Shown piece after piece: positions 10,113 through 19,528 of a stretch of 64,000 bases of DNA. Made by a program: the position numbers and the translations under genes. A model generated the notes under the pieces. That model saw nothing but the letters and a program-made list of their open reading frames with translations. It had not been told where the DNA came from and did not search any database. The DNA is taken from contig JAFMLE010000007.1 in NCBI GenBank assembly GCA_017852395.1, positions 16,101-80,100 of the forward strand, in the 5' to 3' direction. Every line of letters starts with the position of its first letter. Position 1 is the first letter of the stretch. The stretch is from Flavobacteriaceae bacterium. Lineage in GTDB: Bacteria; Bacteroidota; Bacteroidia; Flavobacteriales; Flavobacteriaceae.

Positions 10113-10631
10113 ATGCCCAAAAGCACGATCAAACAATCACCCAATGTCACCATCATTGCCGCAGCGGCAGAAAATGAAGCTCTGGGTAAAGACAATGATT
10201 TGCTATGGCACATTCGTGAGGACCTACAACGTTTTAAGAATCTGACTTGTGGGCACGCCATCATTATGGGTCGTAAAACCTTTGAATCGCTGCCAAAGGC
10301 CTTGCCCAACCGAACCAACATTGTGGTGTCACGTAATCAAAATTATGCAGCTCCAGGCATCATTTTATGTCCAAGCATAGAAGCCGCTCTTGAATATGCA
10401 AAAGAAGATTCTCAACCTTTTGTTATTGGCGGTGGTCAAATCTACAAACAAGCACTGGCCTATGCCCAAACGATAGAATTGACTCGTGTACACCAATCTT
10501 TTGAAGCAGATACTTTTTTTCCAAAAATAGATTCATCACAATGGGAAGAAGTCCATAGAGAGGCCCATCCCAAAACCCCAGAACAACCCTTAGCCTACAC
10601 CTATATCACGTATAAAAAAATTCCTTTTTAA
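10113..10631 (+). CDS. folA: dihydrofolate reductase
   Basis: I use the internal ATG at 10113; the track ORF starts at 9966. Contains IIAAAAENEALGKDNDLLWHIREDLQRFKNLTCGHAIIMGRKTFESL. Length 172 aa. Confidence 0.9.
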   Translation: MPKSTIKQSPNVTIIAAAAENEALGKDNDLLWHIREDLQRFKNLTCGHAIIMGRKTFESLPKALPNRTNIVVSRNQNYAAPGIILCPSIEAALEYAKEDSQPFVIGGGQIYKQALAYAQTIELTRVHQSFEADTFFPKIDSSQWEEVHREAHPKTPEQPLAYTYITYKKIPF

Positions 10632-11512
10632 TGAAAGCATATATATTCCCCGGTCAAGGCTCCCAATTTCCTGGTATGGGAAAAGAACTTTACGAAAACT
10701 TTTCTTCAGCCAAAAAACGTTTCAATCAAGCCAACAAAATGCTAGGTTTTGACATTTCTACCATCATGTTTGAGGGCAGCAAAGAAGATTTGCAGCAAAC
10801 CAAGGTCACACAACCTGCGTTGTTTCTTCATGCAGTGATTACTAGCGAAATTATGGGTGATCAATTTCAACCCAAGATGGTTGCAGGTCACTCATTGGGA
10901 GAGTTTTCGGCACTGACAGCTGCAGGGGCGATGAGCTTTGAAGACGGATTACAATTGGTAAGCAAACGTGCACTAGCAATGCAAAAAGCCTGTGATCAAG
11001 CTCCAGGAACCATGGCTGCTGTATTGGGATTGGAAGATAAAATTGTTGAACGTATTTGTGAGGCTACACCGGGCACAGTCGTTGCTGCAAATTATAATTG
11101 TCCTGGACAATTGGTGATTTCTGGAGAACGTATTGCTGTAGAAGCCGCTTGTGAAGCACTCAAAGAAGCGGGAGCCAAACGCGCACTTGTGCTACCTGTA
11201 GGCGGGGCATTTCACTCACCGCTTATGGAACCGGCGCGTCAAGAATTGGCAGAAGCCATTCAAAATACAACTTTCTTTGATCCCGTTTGCCGAATCTATC
11301 AAAATGTAACGGGTCAGGCTGTTATGGAAAAAGAAATTATAAAAAACAACCTCATCTCCCAGCTTACTTCACCAGTACGATGGACGCAAAGCATCCAACA
11401 AATGATTTATGACGGAGCACTTGCTTTTGAAGAAGTGGGTCCCGGAAAGGTATTGCAAGGACTGGTTCGCAAAATCAACGGTGAAGTTACAGTATCTTCA
11501 GCCGAAGTCTAG
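10631..11512 (+). CDS. fabD: ACP S-malonyltransferase
   Basis: 293 aa. Contains FPGQGSQ and the active-site GHSLGEFSAL. The start overlaps the folA stop (TAATG). Confidence 0.95.
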   Translation: MKAYIFPGQGSQFPGMGKELYENFSSAKKRFNQANKMLGFDISTIMFEGSKEDLQQTKVTQPALFLHAVITSEIMGDQFQPKMVAGHSLGEFSALTAAGAMSFEDGLQLVSKRALAMQKACDQAPGTMAAVLGLEDKIVERICEATPGTVVAANYNCPGQLVISGERIAVEAACEALKEAGAKRALVLPVGGAFHSPLMEPARQELAEAIQNTTFFDPVCRIYQNVTGQAVMEKEIIKNNLISQLTSPVRWTQSIQQMIYDGALAFEEVGPGKVLQGLVRKINGEVTVSSAEV

Positions 11513-12798
11513 TTGTTTTTATATACCTGACCTTCTTTCATCACAAAAGAGACGTTTTGCAAGGTCGTAATATCGTCCAATGGATTTTGCCCAACGGCAA
11601 TTATATCAGCCGTATAACCCGGCAATAGCTGTCCCAGCTCATCGGCTACACCCAGTAGTTTTGCATTGGTAATCATGGCGTGTTGCAGGGCCTCATGTTC
11701 GGGCATTCCTGCTTCGACCATATAAACAAACTCTTGGGCATTTTCTCCATGTGGAAAGACACCAGCGTCGGTACCGAAGGCAATTGGCACTCCTGTTTTA
11801 TAGGCTCTGCCAAAAGTTGCCTGAATTTGCGGCCCAATTGCGATGGCTTTGGGCACGATTATTTCGGGGAAAAAGCCTTTGATTTTGGCCATTTTTGCCA
11901 CGTGCTTGCCGGCTGAGATGGTAGCGACAAGATAGGTTTGTTTTTCTTTCATCAATTCCATGGTTCGCTCGGACACCAAGGTACCGTGCTCTATAGTTTT
12001 GACACCTGCCAAAACCGCTCGATACATCCCTTCGTCTCCGTGGGCATGTGCGGCAACGTGCATTCCATAGTCCGTGGCGGTATCCACAATGGCTTTTATT
12101 TCTTCGTAAGTAAATTGGGGGTTTTGCCCATTTTTGGCCACACTAGTAACGCCCCCAGTAGCCGTAATTTTGATGCAATCTGCCCCATTTTTGTATCGGT
12201 GTCTAACCGCTTCTCTTGCTTCGTCGGGAGAATTAATCACCCCATCTCGGGGTCCGGGGTCTCCCATCAATTCTTTTCTTGATCCGTTGGTTGGATCGGC
12301 ATGACCTCCGGTTGTTCCAATGGCTTTTTCTGCAGAAAAAATTCTGGGTCCAGGCACTTTGCCCTGTGCTATGGCATCGCGCAAGGCGATGTTTACACCG
12401 GTGCCTCCCATATCCCGAACTGTGGTAAACCCAGCCATAAGGGTGCGTTGGGCGTTTTGAGCTGCATCAAAAGCACGGTCTGCATCGTCATCTTTGTACT
12501 TTCCCATATAGGCTTGAGGGGTATATTCGCTTTCGATGTGGACGTGCATGTCGATGAGCCCCGGCAATACCGTTTTGGTTTTTAAATCTAGGGTGTTGTC
12601 CGTTGGATTTTCGGCAGCTACCCATCCATCTAAAACATTGGTGATTTTTTTACCTTCGATAACCAATGTCTTGTTTTTTATCATTTTCCCTTTTGCAGCA
12701 TCAAAAATCTGACCTGCATGGATGTAGGTCTTTTGTGCTAAAACGGGTAGGGAAATAAAAAGGGCCACAAAGAGCGGCAAGTGGGATTTAAATTTCAT
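11509..12798 (-). CDS. secreted amidohydrolase family metallo-hydrolase
   Basis: 429 aa. Has an N-terminal signal peptide (LFVALFISLPVLAQ), an HxH metal motif (DMHVHIE), and a later HAHG/GTD pattern. Confidence 0.8.
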   Translation of the reverse strand: MKFKSHLPLFVALFISLPVLAQKTYIHAGQIFDAAKGKMIKNKTLVIEGKKITNVLDGWVAAENPTDNTLDLKTKTVLPGLIDMHVHIESEYTPQAYMGKYKDDDADRAFDAAQNAQRTLMAGFTTVRDMGGTGVNIALRDAIAQGKVPGPRIFSAEKAIGTTGGHADPTNGSRKELMGDPGPRDGVINSPDEAREAVRHRYKNGADCIKITATGGVTSVAKNGQNPQFTYEEIKAIVDTATDYGMHVAAHAHGDEGMYRAVLAGVKTIEHGTLVSERTMELMKEKQTYLVATISAGKHVAKMAKIKGFFPEIIVPKAIAIGPQIQATFGRAYKTGVPIAFGTDAGVFPHGENAQEFVYMVEAGMPEHEALQHAMITNAKLLGVADELGQLLPGYTADIIAVGQNPLDDITTLQNVSFVMKEGQVYKNN

Positions 12799-12801
12799 TT
12801 A

Positions 12802-13935
12802 TTAAGCATTTAGAAATTGAAGAATATGTTTGCAGATATAGTCGATTTGTGCATCCGTCAGTTCTGTATGCATGGGCAAAGAAATAACTTGTTCAACCAA
12901 TGCGTTGGTGATTTCAAAGTCATGTTCTTTATAGCGAGCGTCGCGATATGCTTTTTGTGCATGTAGCGGTATGGGATAGTAAACCCCTGTAGGTATTCCC
13001 TGCTCATTTAGGTAAGCCACCAGTGCATCCCGATCGGCCTCTTTAATTTTTAAGGTATATTGATGAAAAACATGGGAGTTGCAGTCGGCTTCACGGTGAG
13101 GCGTGGTTATTTTGGGGTGGTTTTGTAAGCGTTCGGTATATTTGATTGCGGCTGCTTTTCGTGCTTCGTTGTAGGCATCTAAATAGGGTAATTTGACATT
13201 TAGAATTGCTGCTTGTAGCGCATCCAATCTTGAATTGACGCCTACCACATCGTGATGGTATCTTTGATACATTCCGTGATTTACGATTCCTCTAAGGGTA
13301 TGTGCCAGTTGGTCGTCATTGGTAAATAATGCGCCTCCATCTCCATAGGCACCTAGATTTTTGGAAGGAAAAAAAGAGGTGGTGGCCACATGGCCAATAG
13401 TACCTGTTTTGGCTTGTCTTCCATCAGCAAAAGTATAGGTAGCTCCAATCCCTTGCGCATTGTCTTCAACAACAAAAATATTGTGTTTTTTGGCCAAGGC
13501 CATTAGCGGCTCCATGGGGGCTGCCTGTCCAAACAAATGCACAGGAATTATCGCTTTTGTTTTGGGAGAAATAGCGGCTTCAACGGCAGCTACATCAATA
13601 TTGAACGTATCGGGATCGACATCGACCAAAACGGGAGTTAGTTGCAACAGCGCAATGACTTCTACCGTTGCTGCAAAGGTAAAATCTGCAGTAATCACCT
13701 CATCTCCGGGCTTTAGACCCAACCCCATCAGTGCAATCTGAAGTGCATCTGTACCGTTTGCACAAGGAATCACATGTTTGACACCAAGATAGGTTTCTAA
13801 ATTTTTTTGAAAATTGTGGACCGCCGGACCATTGATAAATGAAGTGTCTAAAAGCACCTCTTGTAGGGCTTGATTTATTTGTGTTTCGATTTTAGCATAT
13901 TGACCTTGGAGGTCGACCATTCGTATCGTTTCCAT
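12802..13935 (-). CDS. DegT/DnrJ/EryC1/StrS family sugar aminotransferase
   Basis: 377 aa. Contains NGTDALQIAL and SFFPSKNLGAYGDGGA (PLP lysine). Confidence 0.85.
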   Translation of the reverse strand: METIRMVDLQGQYAKIETQINQALQEVLLDTSFINGPAVHNFQKNLETYLGVKHVIPCANGTDALQIALMGLGLKPGDEVITADFTFAATVEVIALLQLTPVLVDVDPDTFNIDVAAVEAAISPKTKAIIPVHLFGQAAPMEPLMALAKKHNIFVVEDNAQGIGATYTFADGRQAKTGTIGHVATTSFFPSKNLGAYGDGGALFTNDDQLAHTLRGIVNHGMYQRYHHDVVGVNSRLDALQAAILNVKLPYLDAYNEARKAAAIKYTERLQNHPKITTPHREADCNSHVFHQYTLKIKEADRDALVAYLNEQGIPTGVYYPIPLHAQKAYRDARYKEHDFEITNALVEQVISLPMHTELTDAQIDYICKHILQFLNA

Positions 13936-14181
13936 AGCATTGTAAAATCCAAATTTAAAAAAACGAACGTAGCTTTAGTATTTCTTACATAAAAAGTATT
14001 TTTGAATAAAATTCTTGTTTAACACGCATCTGTTGTATTGTCTTTCTGTAAACCAAAGCTATATTGCCTGACAATCCGTATTTTTTAAGAAAGATAGCCG
14101 TCAATTATATTAAAATAAAGCGTTGAAGAATCACTTGAGAAGCTTAAAAAAGAAAAATGGTACTATTAAAAACCGCTTAGA

Positions 14182-15096
14182 ATGGAAATCGATCTTGTTT
14201 ATTTATGGGTAAATGGAAATGACCCAAAATGGTTGCAGAAAAAAGAACACTACCTAAATCAAAAAATTGATATCAGGGGTCGCTATGAAGACAACCAAGA
14301 ACTAAAATATGCGCTTCGATCGGTTGACAAGCACTTACCTTGGATTAGAAAGATATTTATTTTAACAGACAATCAAGTCCCCCATTTTTTAAACACCAAC
14401 CATCCGAAAATCAAAATTGTGGATCATACTGAAGTAATGCCTAAAGAAATACTCCCCAATTTTAATTCGAGTGTTATTGAAAATTTTATCTATAAAATCC
14501 CGGGGCTTTCAGAACACTATCTTTATTCTAATGACGATATGTTTGTGCATGCTGATCTTGACCCCTCTTTCTTCTTTAGGGATGGATTACCGATAAAGAG
14601 AATGGTTTATGATCCCTTGACCAAACAAAAAATAAACTTAAAACGGTTTTTTAACTTCAACATAAACACCCACAGGCTTTCGATTGAAAATGCCTATACG
14701 TTATTTAAAAAACACTTCAACCACTATTATCCGATCAAACCACACCACAATATTGATGCTTTTCTAAAAAGTGACTATAAAGCGGTAGTAGAAGAGGTAT
14801 TTAAAAGTGAAATAAAGCCCACGTTTATGAATCGTTTTAGACACAAATCTGATATACAACGAATATTGGTAGATTATTATGCCCTTGCAAAAAAAAGAGG
14901 AATTCTAACCTATCCAAATCGGAGTGAATCTTGCCGGCTAAAGGTTCACAAAACCAACTATCAACGTAAGATAGACCGTTACAAACCTAAACTCTTTTGT
15001 TTAAATGATTCAGAACACGCCACTGATCAGCACCGCGCTCAAATTGAACCATTTTTAAAAAATTTGTTTCCTGAAAAAGCTGAATTTGAATTATAA
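14182..15096 (+). CDS. Stealth-family (hexose-1-phosphoryl transferase-like) protein
   Basis: 304 aa. Has a CR1-like N-terminus (MEIDLVYLWVNGNDPKW), a CR2-like region (ELKYALRSVDKHLPWIRKIFILTDNQVP), and YSNDDMF. GC content is low. Confidence 0.7.
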   Translation: MEIDLVYLWVNGNDPKWLQKKEHYLNQKIDIRGRYEDNQELKYALRSVDKHLPWIRKIFILTDNQVPHFLNTNHPKIKIVDHTEVMPKEILPNFNSSVIENFIYKIPGLSEHYLYSNDDMFVHADLDPSFFFRDGLPIKRMVYDPLTKQKINLKRFFNFNINTHRLSIENAYTLFKKHFNHYYPIKPHHNIDAFLKSDYKAVVEEVFKSEIKPTFMNRFRHKSDIQRILVDYYALAKKRGILTYPNRSESCRLKVHKTNYQRKIDRYKPKLFCLNDSEHATDQHRAQIEPFLKNLFPEKAEFEL

Positions 15097-15122
15097 ACAG
15101 CTCTATTTTTAGAACAATAGTC

Positions 15123-16115
15123 TTAGAGTTCAAAGGATGATTTCTCGGGCAAGATTGCGTCAAACGAGCTTTTGATGTTTTCCATTGTTTTTTTATAATT
15201 TCTGATATAAATGCTGTCGTTTAAACAAACCAGCGAATAGGTTTGTTGCCGAACCGCTTGGATTGCTTTTTTAGATTTTAGCATCAAAGGAAACATTTTA
15301 GTGTCTTGATAGGTGTTGTAGGGATTAAAATTTGAGCTGCATATTTGCCACGTTTTAAAGAGTTCTGGGGTAAGATCGTTACTGCTTCGAAACCGGTGGC
15401 TTGACATCGCCACTAGTTCATTTTCACAGTGTTTCCATACCTCTTCAAAGGTCTGCTTCAAGAATGGTTGGGCATTGTGGGGTGTGCGTAAGGTGACAAA
15501 TTTATCGTAGTATTTGAGCAAATGATTTACCCGACCTCTTTTTCCATACGAAGGGTGATACCATTTCCAGGCGTCCTTTTTAAAAACCTCTTTTTTATCA
15601 AAATGCTTATTGATCAATCGGATGTTGTTTTTGAGCATTTTTTCAAACTGTGAAAACCCTGTGTTGTGTCTAAAAGCAGCTATATCGTTGGGCAATTCAT
15701 TCACAAAAAAGCGATCTGGACTAAGGTGGTTGGTGATAAAAAAGTCATCATTGAAATAGACAAATTTTTCGGACAGATTGGGGATTTTGTGCATATAAAT
15801 CTCAATGAGATTGGAATTAAAAACGGGCAAATACTTTTGCGGAATGTAGTCTTTATGGCTGACCATATTGAGCTTAGGATGGTTTGTGTCGAGCCAATCT
15901 GGCTTTTGACCAGAAGTCACAAAATGAACTTTTCTAACCCATGGGGCAAACTTTTCGACCCCCCGAAACCAATACTTTAAAAATCCATAGTCCCGAAAAC
16001 GCGCTTCGGAAAGCTCATTGACACTATTGTCAATTTTTCCAGAGTAGCGATAAAATTCTTCCTTCCATTTGGGGTCATCCATATCAACCCAAGTAACAAT
16101 AAAATCTATATCCAT
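15123..16115 (-). CDS. Stealth-family protein, paralog of 14182..15096
   Basis: 330 aa. Contains MDIDFIVTWVDMDDPKW, FLKYWFRGVEKFAPWVRKVHFVTSGQKP and YFNDDFF. The C-terminus PEKSSFEL mirrors PEKAEFEL of its neighbour. Confidence 0.7.
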   Translation of the reverse strand: MDIDFIVTWVDMDDPKWKEEFYRYSGKIDNSVNELSEARFRDYGFLKYWFRGVEKFAPWVRKVHFVTSGQKPDWLDTNHPKLNMVSHKDYIPQKYLPVFNSNLIEIYMHKIPNLSEKFVYFNDDFFITNHLSPDRFFVNELPNDIAAFRHNTGFSQFEKMLKNNIRLINKHFDKKEVFKKDAWKWYHPSYGKRGRVNHLLKYYDKFVTLRTPHNAQPFLKQTFEEVWKHCENELVAMSSHRFRSSNDLTPELFKTWQICSSNFNPYNTYQDTKMFPLMLKSKKAIQAVRQQTYSLVCLNDSIYIRNYKKTMENIKSSFDAILPEKSSFEL

Positions 16116-16467
16116 TTATATGGCCTTATACGATTGAAAAATAACGCGGTTTAACGTTATGCAGTGCTATTTGGGATTTTTATTTGCTAATCACAAATGT
16201 GCGACTCTTCAAAATTAGATAAAAAGATTCAATTGGAAACGGGTTGGGGTTTCACTAGTGCTGACAACTAAGCATCTTTTGATCCTGTTCAAATACTCCA
16301 AGAGTTTTAGGTCTAGTACGTGTGCGATAATACATGATTATTTATGAAACGTATTTGCACAAAAAAGTACAAATTAGACTGGCTAAAAATTCCACACATA
16401 TCCAAAAGCATGTCATGTTATGACCACATATTTATTACATTTACAAATATTTTGAAGAAAAATTAAC

Positions 16468-17517
16468 ATGAAAAAATTAGTATTTGTAGGACTATTCCTA
16501 TTTCAATTTACAGCCCTTACTGCCCAAGACCAGAACAGCCCAAACATTATTTTGATGATCGGTGATGGAATGGGGTTAAGTCAAATTACAGCCGGGATGT
16601 ATTCTATTGGCAACACAACTGCCTTAGAAGAATTTGAAACAATCGGACTTGCCAAAACACATGCCCATGAACAATTTGTAACGGATTCTGCTGCCAGTGG
16701 TACCGCAATCGCTTGCGGTGAAAAAACCTACAATGGCGTGTTGGGTATCGACCCAAAAAATCAATATTTGGAGTCGATTTTAGAATATTCGCAAACCCAA
16801 GGTTATCTCACTGCACTATTGGCTACCTCTTCTATAGTACATGCTACACCTGCTGCTTTTTATGCCAATGTTGATTCTAGAAAAAAATACCAAGACATTG
16901 CGCTTCAATTGAGTGAAAGCAATGTTGATTATTTTATTGGAGGCGGCAGAAAACATTTTGTAACTCGAGACGACAAACGCAATCTTGTCAAAGAAATGAG
17001 CGCTTATGAAATGGTCAATACCTTGAATAAATTTGAAAAGTCTCAATCCAAAAAGATTGGTTTTTTCACCGATGACGATGAGCCCAAGCGACTGTCAGAA
17101 GGGCGCTATCCCGATTTGGACAAATTGGTTGTTGCCACACTTGATAAGTTAGCAACCCGAAAAAAACCTTTCTTTATGATGGTCGAAGGGTCACAAATCG
17201 ATTGGGGAGGACACGCCAACGAACTCAATTATGTCTTGTCCGAATTTGAAGAATTCAATAACGCGATTGCCGCCGCAGTGGCTTTTGCCAAAAAACAAGG
17301 AAATACAATCGTCATTGTTACCGCTGATCATGAAACCGGAGGGTTATCACTTCTAAAAGGAGATGTCGCTCGAAATACTGTAAGTGGAAGATTTTCTACC
17401 GAGGGACACACCGCTGCAATGGTACCTGTTTTTGCCTTTGGACCCGGAGCTTCTTCTTTTTCAGGCATCTATGAAAATACCTCCATCTTTAAAAAGATGA
17501 AGGTATTGGTTCAATAA
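16468..17517 (+). CDS. secreted alkaline phosphatase (PhoA family)
   Basis: 349 aa. Has a signal peptide, DGMG, the active-site TDSAASGTA, and later DWGGH and DHETGG motifs. Confidence 0.85.
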   Translation: MKKLVFVGLFLFQFTALTAQDQNSPNIILMIGDGMGLSQITAGMYSIGNTTALEEFETIGLAKTHAHEQFVTDSAASGTAIACGEKTYNGVLGIDPKNQYLESILEYSQTQGYLTALLATSSIVHATPAAFYANVDSRKKYQDIALQLSESNVDYFIGGGRKHFVTRDDKRNLVKEMSAYEMVNTLNKFEKSQSKKIGFFTDDDEPKRLSEGRYPDLDKLVVATLDKLATRKKPFFMMVEGSQIDWGGHANELNYVLSEFEEFNNAIAAAVAFAKKQGNTIVIVTADHETGGLSLLKGDVARNTVSGRFSTEGHTAAMVPVFAFGPGASSFSGIYENTSIFKKMKVLVQ

Positions 17518-17529
17518 TTTACTAAAGAT

Positions 17530-18549
17530 TTACTTGGTTCTTACCTGGCTGACAATACTGGCCTGAAAGTCTTTGTCGTTTTCAAGAATGTCATAGAAAC
17601 TCTCAATATACTTCTGGGTTTCTTTAAATTCTTTTTCACTTTCAAAATCTCCAGCCATAGCGGCTACGATGTCCATCAGTTTTTGTTTGTTTGTCAAAAA
17701 CTGACTCCGCACACCATTGAGCACCTCATCATCTCTTTTGAAGCCTCTATATTTTCGGTCTTTTACGGAGGTGATCCCCAAGGTAGTGTTGACGGTAGCA
17801 TAGCTTGCGTCGACCAATCCTGACATGTCAAAATCATAAGGAAGCGGAATAATTTTTTTGTCGATATAGAGCAATTTTCCGTTGTGCTGATAGGCCGTAG
17901 AAAAATCGGTATTGCCAATCATAAATTGAAAAAAAGCATTCTGAGCAGAACTCTCCGCATCCATTGCCAAAGGATGAATAAAGCGTTCGAGCACCTGACC
18001 TTCAAAGCGGTCAGCAACTAAGTCATCGTCTTCAATAAGAAATCCTTCGAGGCTGTGTTCCTTTATTTTTTTGCCCTTTTCTTCTTCGAAGGTAATTTTG
18101 ACCCTACGCGTTTTAAAATGGTAGGGCGAGATTACCTCATATAACTTGTAGGCCATATATTCTTGTAGAATATTATCATTATTGTTGGATTCTATTTTAC
18201 AAGGCAAAACCAATTTCAAGCTCTTATTACCTTCAAAAAGGGTGTTTTTGGCATTGGATTTTTTAACTTTCATTTTCACAGGTGGAAAATAACATTCGGC
18301 ACGACGAAAGTTACCTCGTGCTCGCAGCGAAACAGGAAGCACCTCCCAGTTGCCGTTGTATTTGTACTGCATTTCAGTATCTATAAAAGTACTGTCATTC
18401 GTGTCTTTTCGCAATTCTTTGTTTGAATAGCTTAGCTTGATTTCAAGTGGCGTCATGTCTTGAAACAATAAACTAACTTTTTGGTCTCCCTGTGCCTGGG
18501 TCTGAAAACCAAACAAAAGAAGGAATAGAAAGATTACTTGTTTTTTCAT
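17530..18549 (-). CDS. secreted protein, CotH-like (atypical kinase fold) candidate
   Basis: 339 aa with a signal peptide. RARGNFRR and QHNGKLLYIDKKIIPLPYDFDMSG resemble the CotH RGNSS and HNYYLY...PWDxDxSFG motifs. Recognised by eye only. Confidence 0.4.
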   Translation of the reverse strand: MKKQVIFLFLLLFGFQTQAQGDQKVSLLFQDMTPLEIKLSYSNKELRKDTNDSTFIDTEMQYKYNGNWEVLPVSLRARGNFRRAECYFPPVKMKVKKSNAKNTLFEGNKSLKLVLPCKIESNNNDNILQEYMAYKLYEVISPYHFKTRRVKITFEEEKGKKIKEHSLEGFLIEDDDLVADRFEGQVLERFIHPLAMDAESSAQNAFFQFMIGNTDFSTAYQHNGKLLYIDKKIIPLPYDFDMSGLVDASYATVNTTLGITSVKDRKYRGFKRDDEVLNGVRSQFLTNKQKLMDIVAAMAGDFESEKEFKETQKYIESFYDILENDKDFQASIVSQVRTK

Positions 18550-18592
18550 AATATAGTTAATAGATTTACATGTCTAATTTAAGAAAAAAAAC

Positions 18593-19345
18593 TTGAAAAG
18601 TTATTTCTCCATAATCAACCAACGTACGCTAATTACACTAATTATTTCAGTGATTGTGCCGTTTGTGTTTTACGAATTCGAGATTATTTACAACGTAGAT
18701 CTCACTCTCATTAGTATTGCGATAATATTTCCTTTGGTATTTACCATCAGGGGGGCTTTTCGACGTCGCGAAAAAGGGATGGAACATTTGAGCAGATTGC
18801 GCAGCGGCCTAAAAGTCATTCATTATTTGCTCAATGACGGCAATAAAATGAGCGACGATTTAAAAGCGGAGGGCAACAAGATCCTCGAAAGCATTTGCGA
18901 CAATTTTATGGACTATTTGAAAAGTCCACACGAAGATACCCGCCAAATTGATGCTGATTTAAATGACTTTTATGAATACATCCAACGAAATGTAGAATAT
19001 TTATCGGGTGGAACCCGTCAAAAAATATATCGCTTTTTGAGAGACGTACATGAAGGGCAGGAAAACTTGATTGCTATTCATACCCACAGAACCCCAATAA
19101 GCCTCAAGGCCTATTGTTTGATTTTCATTTATATTTTTCCATTAATCTACACTCCAACACTGATCAACAAAATTGGATTTGAAAAATCTGAAAGTGAATG
19201 GATCACATTCTTTGTAGTGATTATTAGCGAATTTATATTGATTTCCTTATATAACATTCAGGACCATATGGAACATCCGTTTGATGAAGAAGGCTTGGAT
19301 GATATCAAACTCAGTAATTTCAAAATCAATCGAACAGGTATATAA
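18593..19345 (+). CDS. bestrophin/UPF0187-like membrane protein (short form)
   Basis: 250 aa from a TTG start. PLVFTIRGAFRRRE follows TM2 and EHPFDEEGLDDI lies near the C-terminus, resembling bacterial bestrophin homologs. The start codon is uncertain. Confidence 0.4.
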   Translation: MKSYFSIINQRTLITLIISVIVPFVFYEFEIIYNVDLTLISIAIIFPLVFTIRGAFRRREKGMEHLSRLRSGLKVIHYLLNDGNKMSDDLKAEGNKILESICDNFMDYLKSPHEDTRQIDADLNDFYEYIQRNVEYLSGGTRQKIYRFLRDVHEGQENLIAIHTHRTPISLKAYCLIFIYIFPLIYTPTLINKIGFEKSESEWITFFVVIISEFILISLYNIQDHMEHPFDEEGLDDIKLSNFKINRTGI

Positions 19346-19383
19346 ATATTGAAACAAATTTTGTTTTTTAATATTTCTAAAAC

Positions 19384-19391
19384 TACATTTG
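19384..19391 (+). promoter_or_regulatory. -7 promoter box TACATTTG for the pheA leader
   Basis: Exact TAnnTTTG, 8 nt upstream of the leader-peptide ATG. This implies a nearly leaderless transcript. Confidence 0.4.
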
Positions 19392-19399
19392 CTTTTATT

Positions 19400-19474
19400 A
19401 TGAATCAGATAACATTGTTTTACGATCGTTTTTTCTACTTCTATTATCCAATAGAGGCAGTCAGGACTTTGTAG
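19400..19474 (+). CDS. Phe/Tyr-rich leader peptide MNQITLFYDRFFYFYYPIEAVRTL (24 aa)
   Basis: Hand translation: ATG AAT CAG ATA ACA TTG TTT TAC GAT CGT TTT TTC TAC TTC TAT TAT CCA ATA GAG GCA GTC AGG ACT TTG TAG. Eight of ten consecutive codons (7-16) encode Phe or Tyr. It lies directly upstream of the terminator and pheA. Confidence 0.65.
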   Translation: MNQITLFYDRFFYFYYPIEAVRTL

Positions 19475-19498
19475 AACAACTACGTATAATATAAAATG

Positions 19499-19525
19499 GT
19501 CCTGATTTATCAGGACTTTTTTTTT
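19499..19525 (+). terminator. attenuator terminator upstream of pheA (competing antiterminator arm at 19461-19467)
   Basis: GTCCTGA-TTTA-TCAGGAC followed by nine T, ending 3 nt before the pheA ATG. An identical TCAGGAC at 19461-19467 can pair with the same GTCCTGA arm instead. Confidence 0.7.
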
Positions 19526-19528
19526 GAA

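Noticed and set aside
16408-16425. Imperfect palindrome TGTCAT-gtt-ATGACc upstream of the alkaline phosphatase gene, considered as a possible operator
   Set aside because: Only 5 of 6 positions match, it is short, and there is no second copy. The evidence is too weak to call a binding site.
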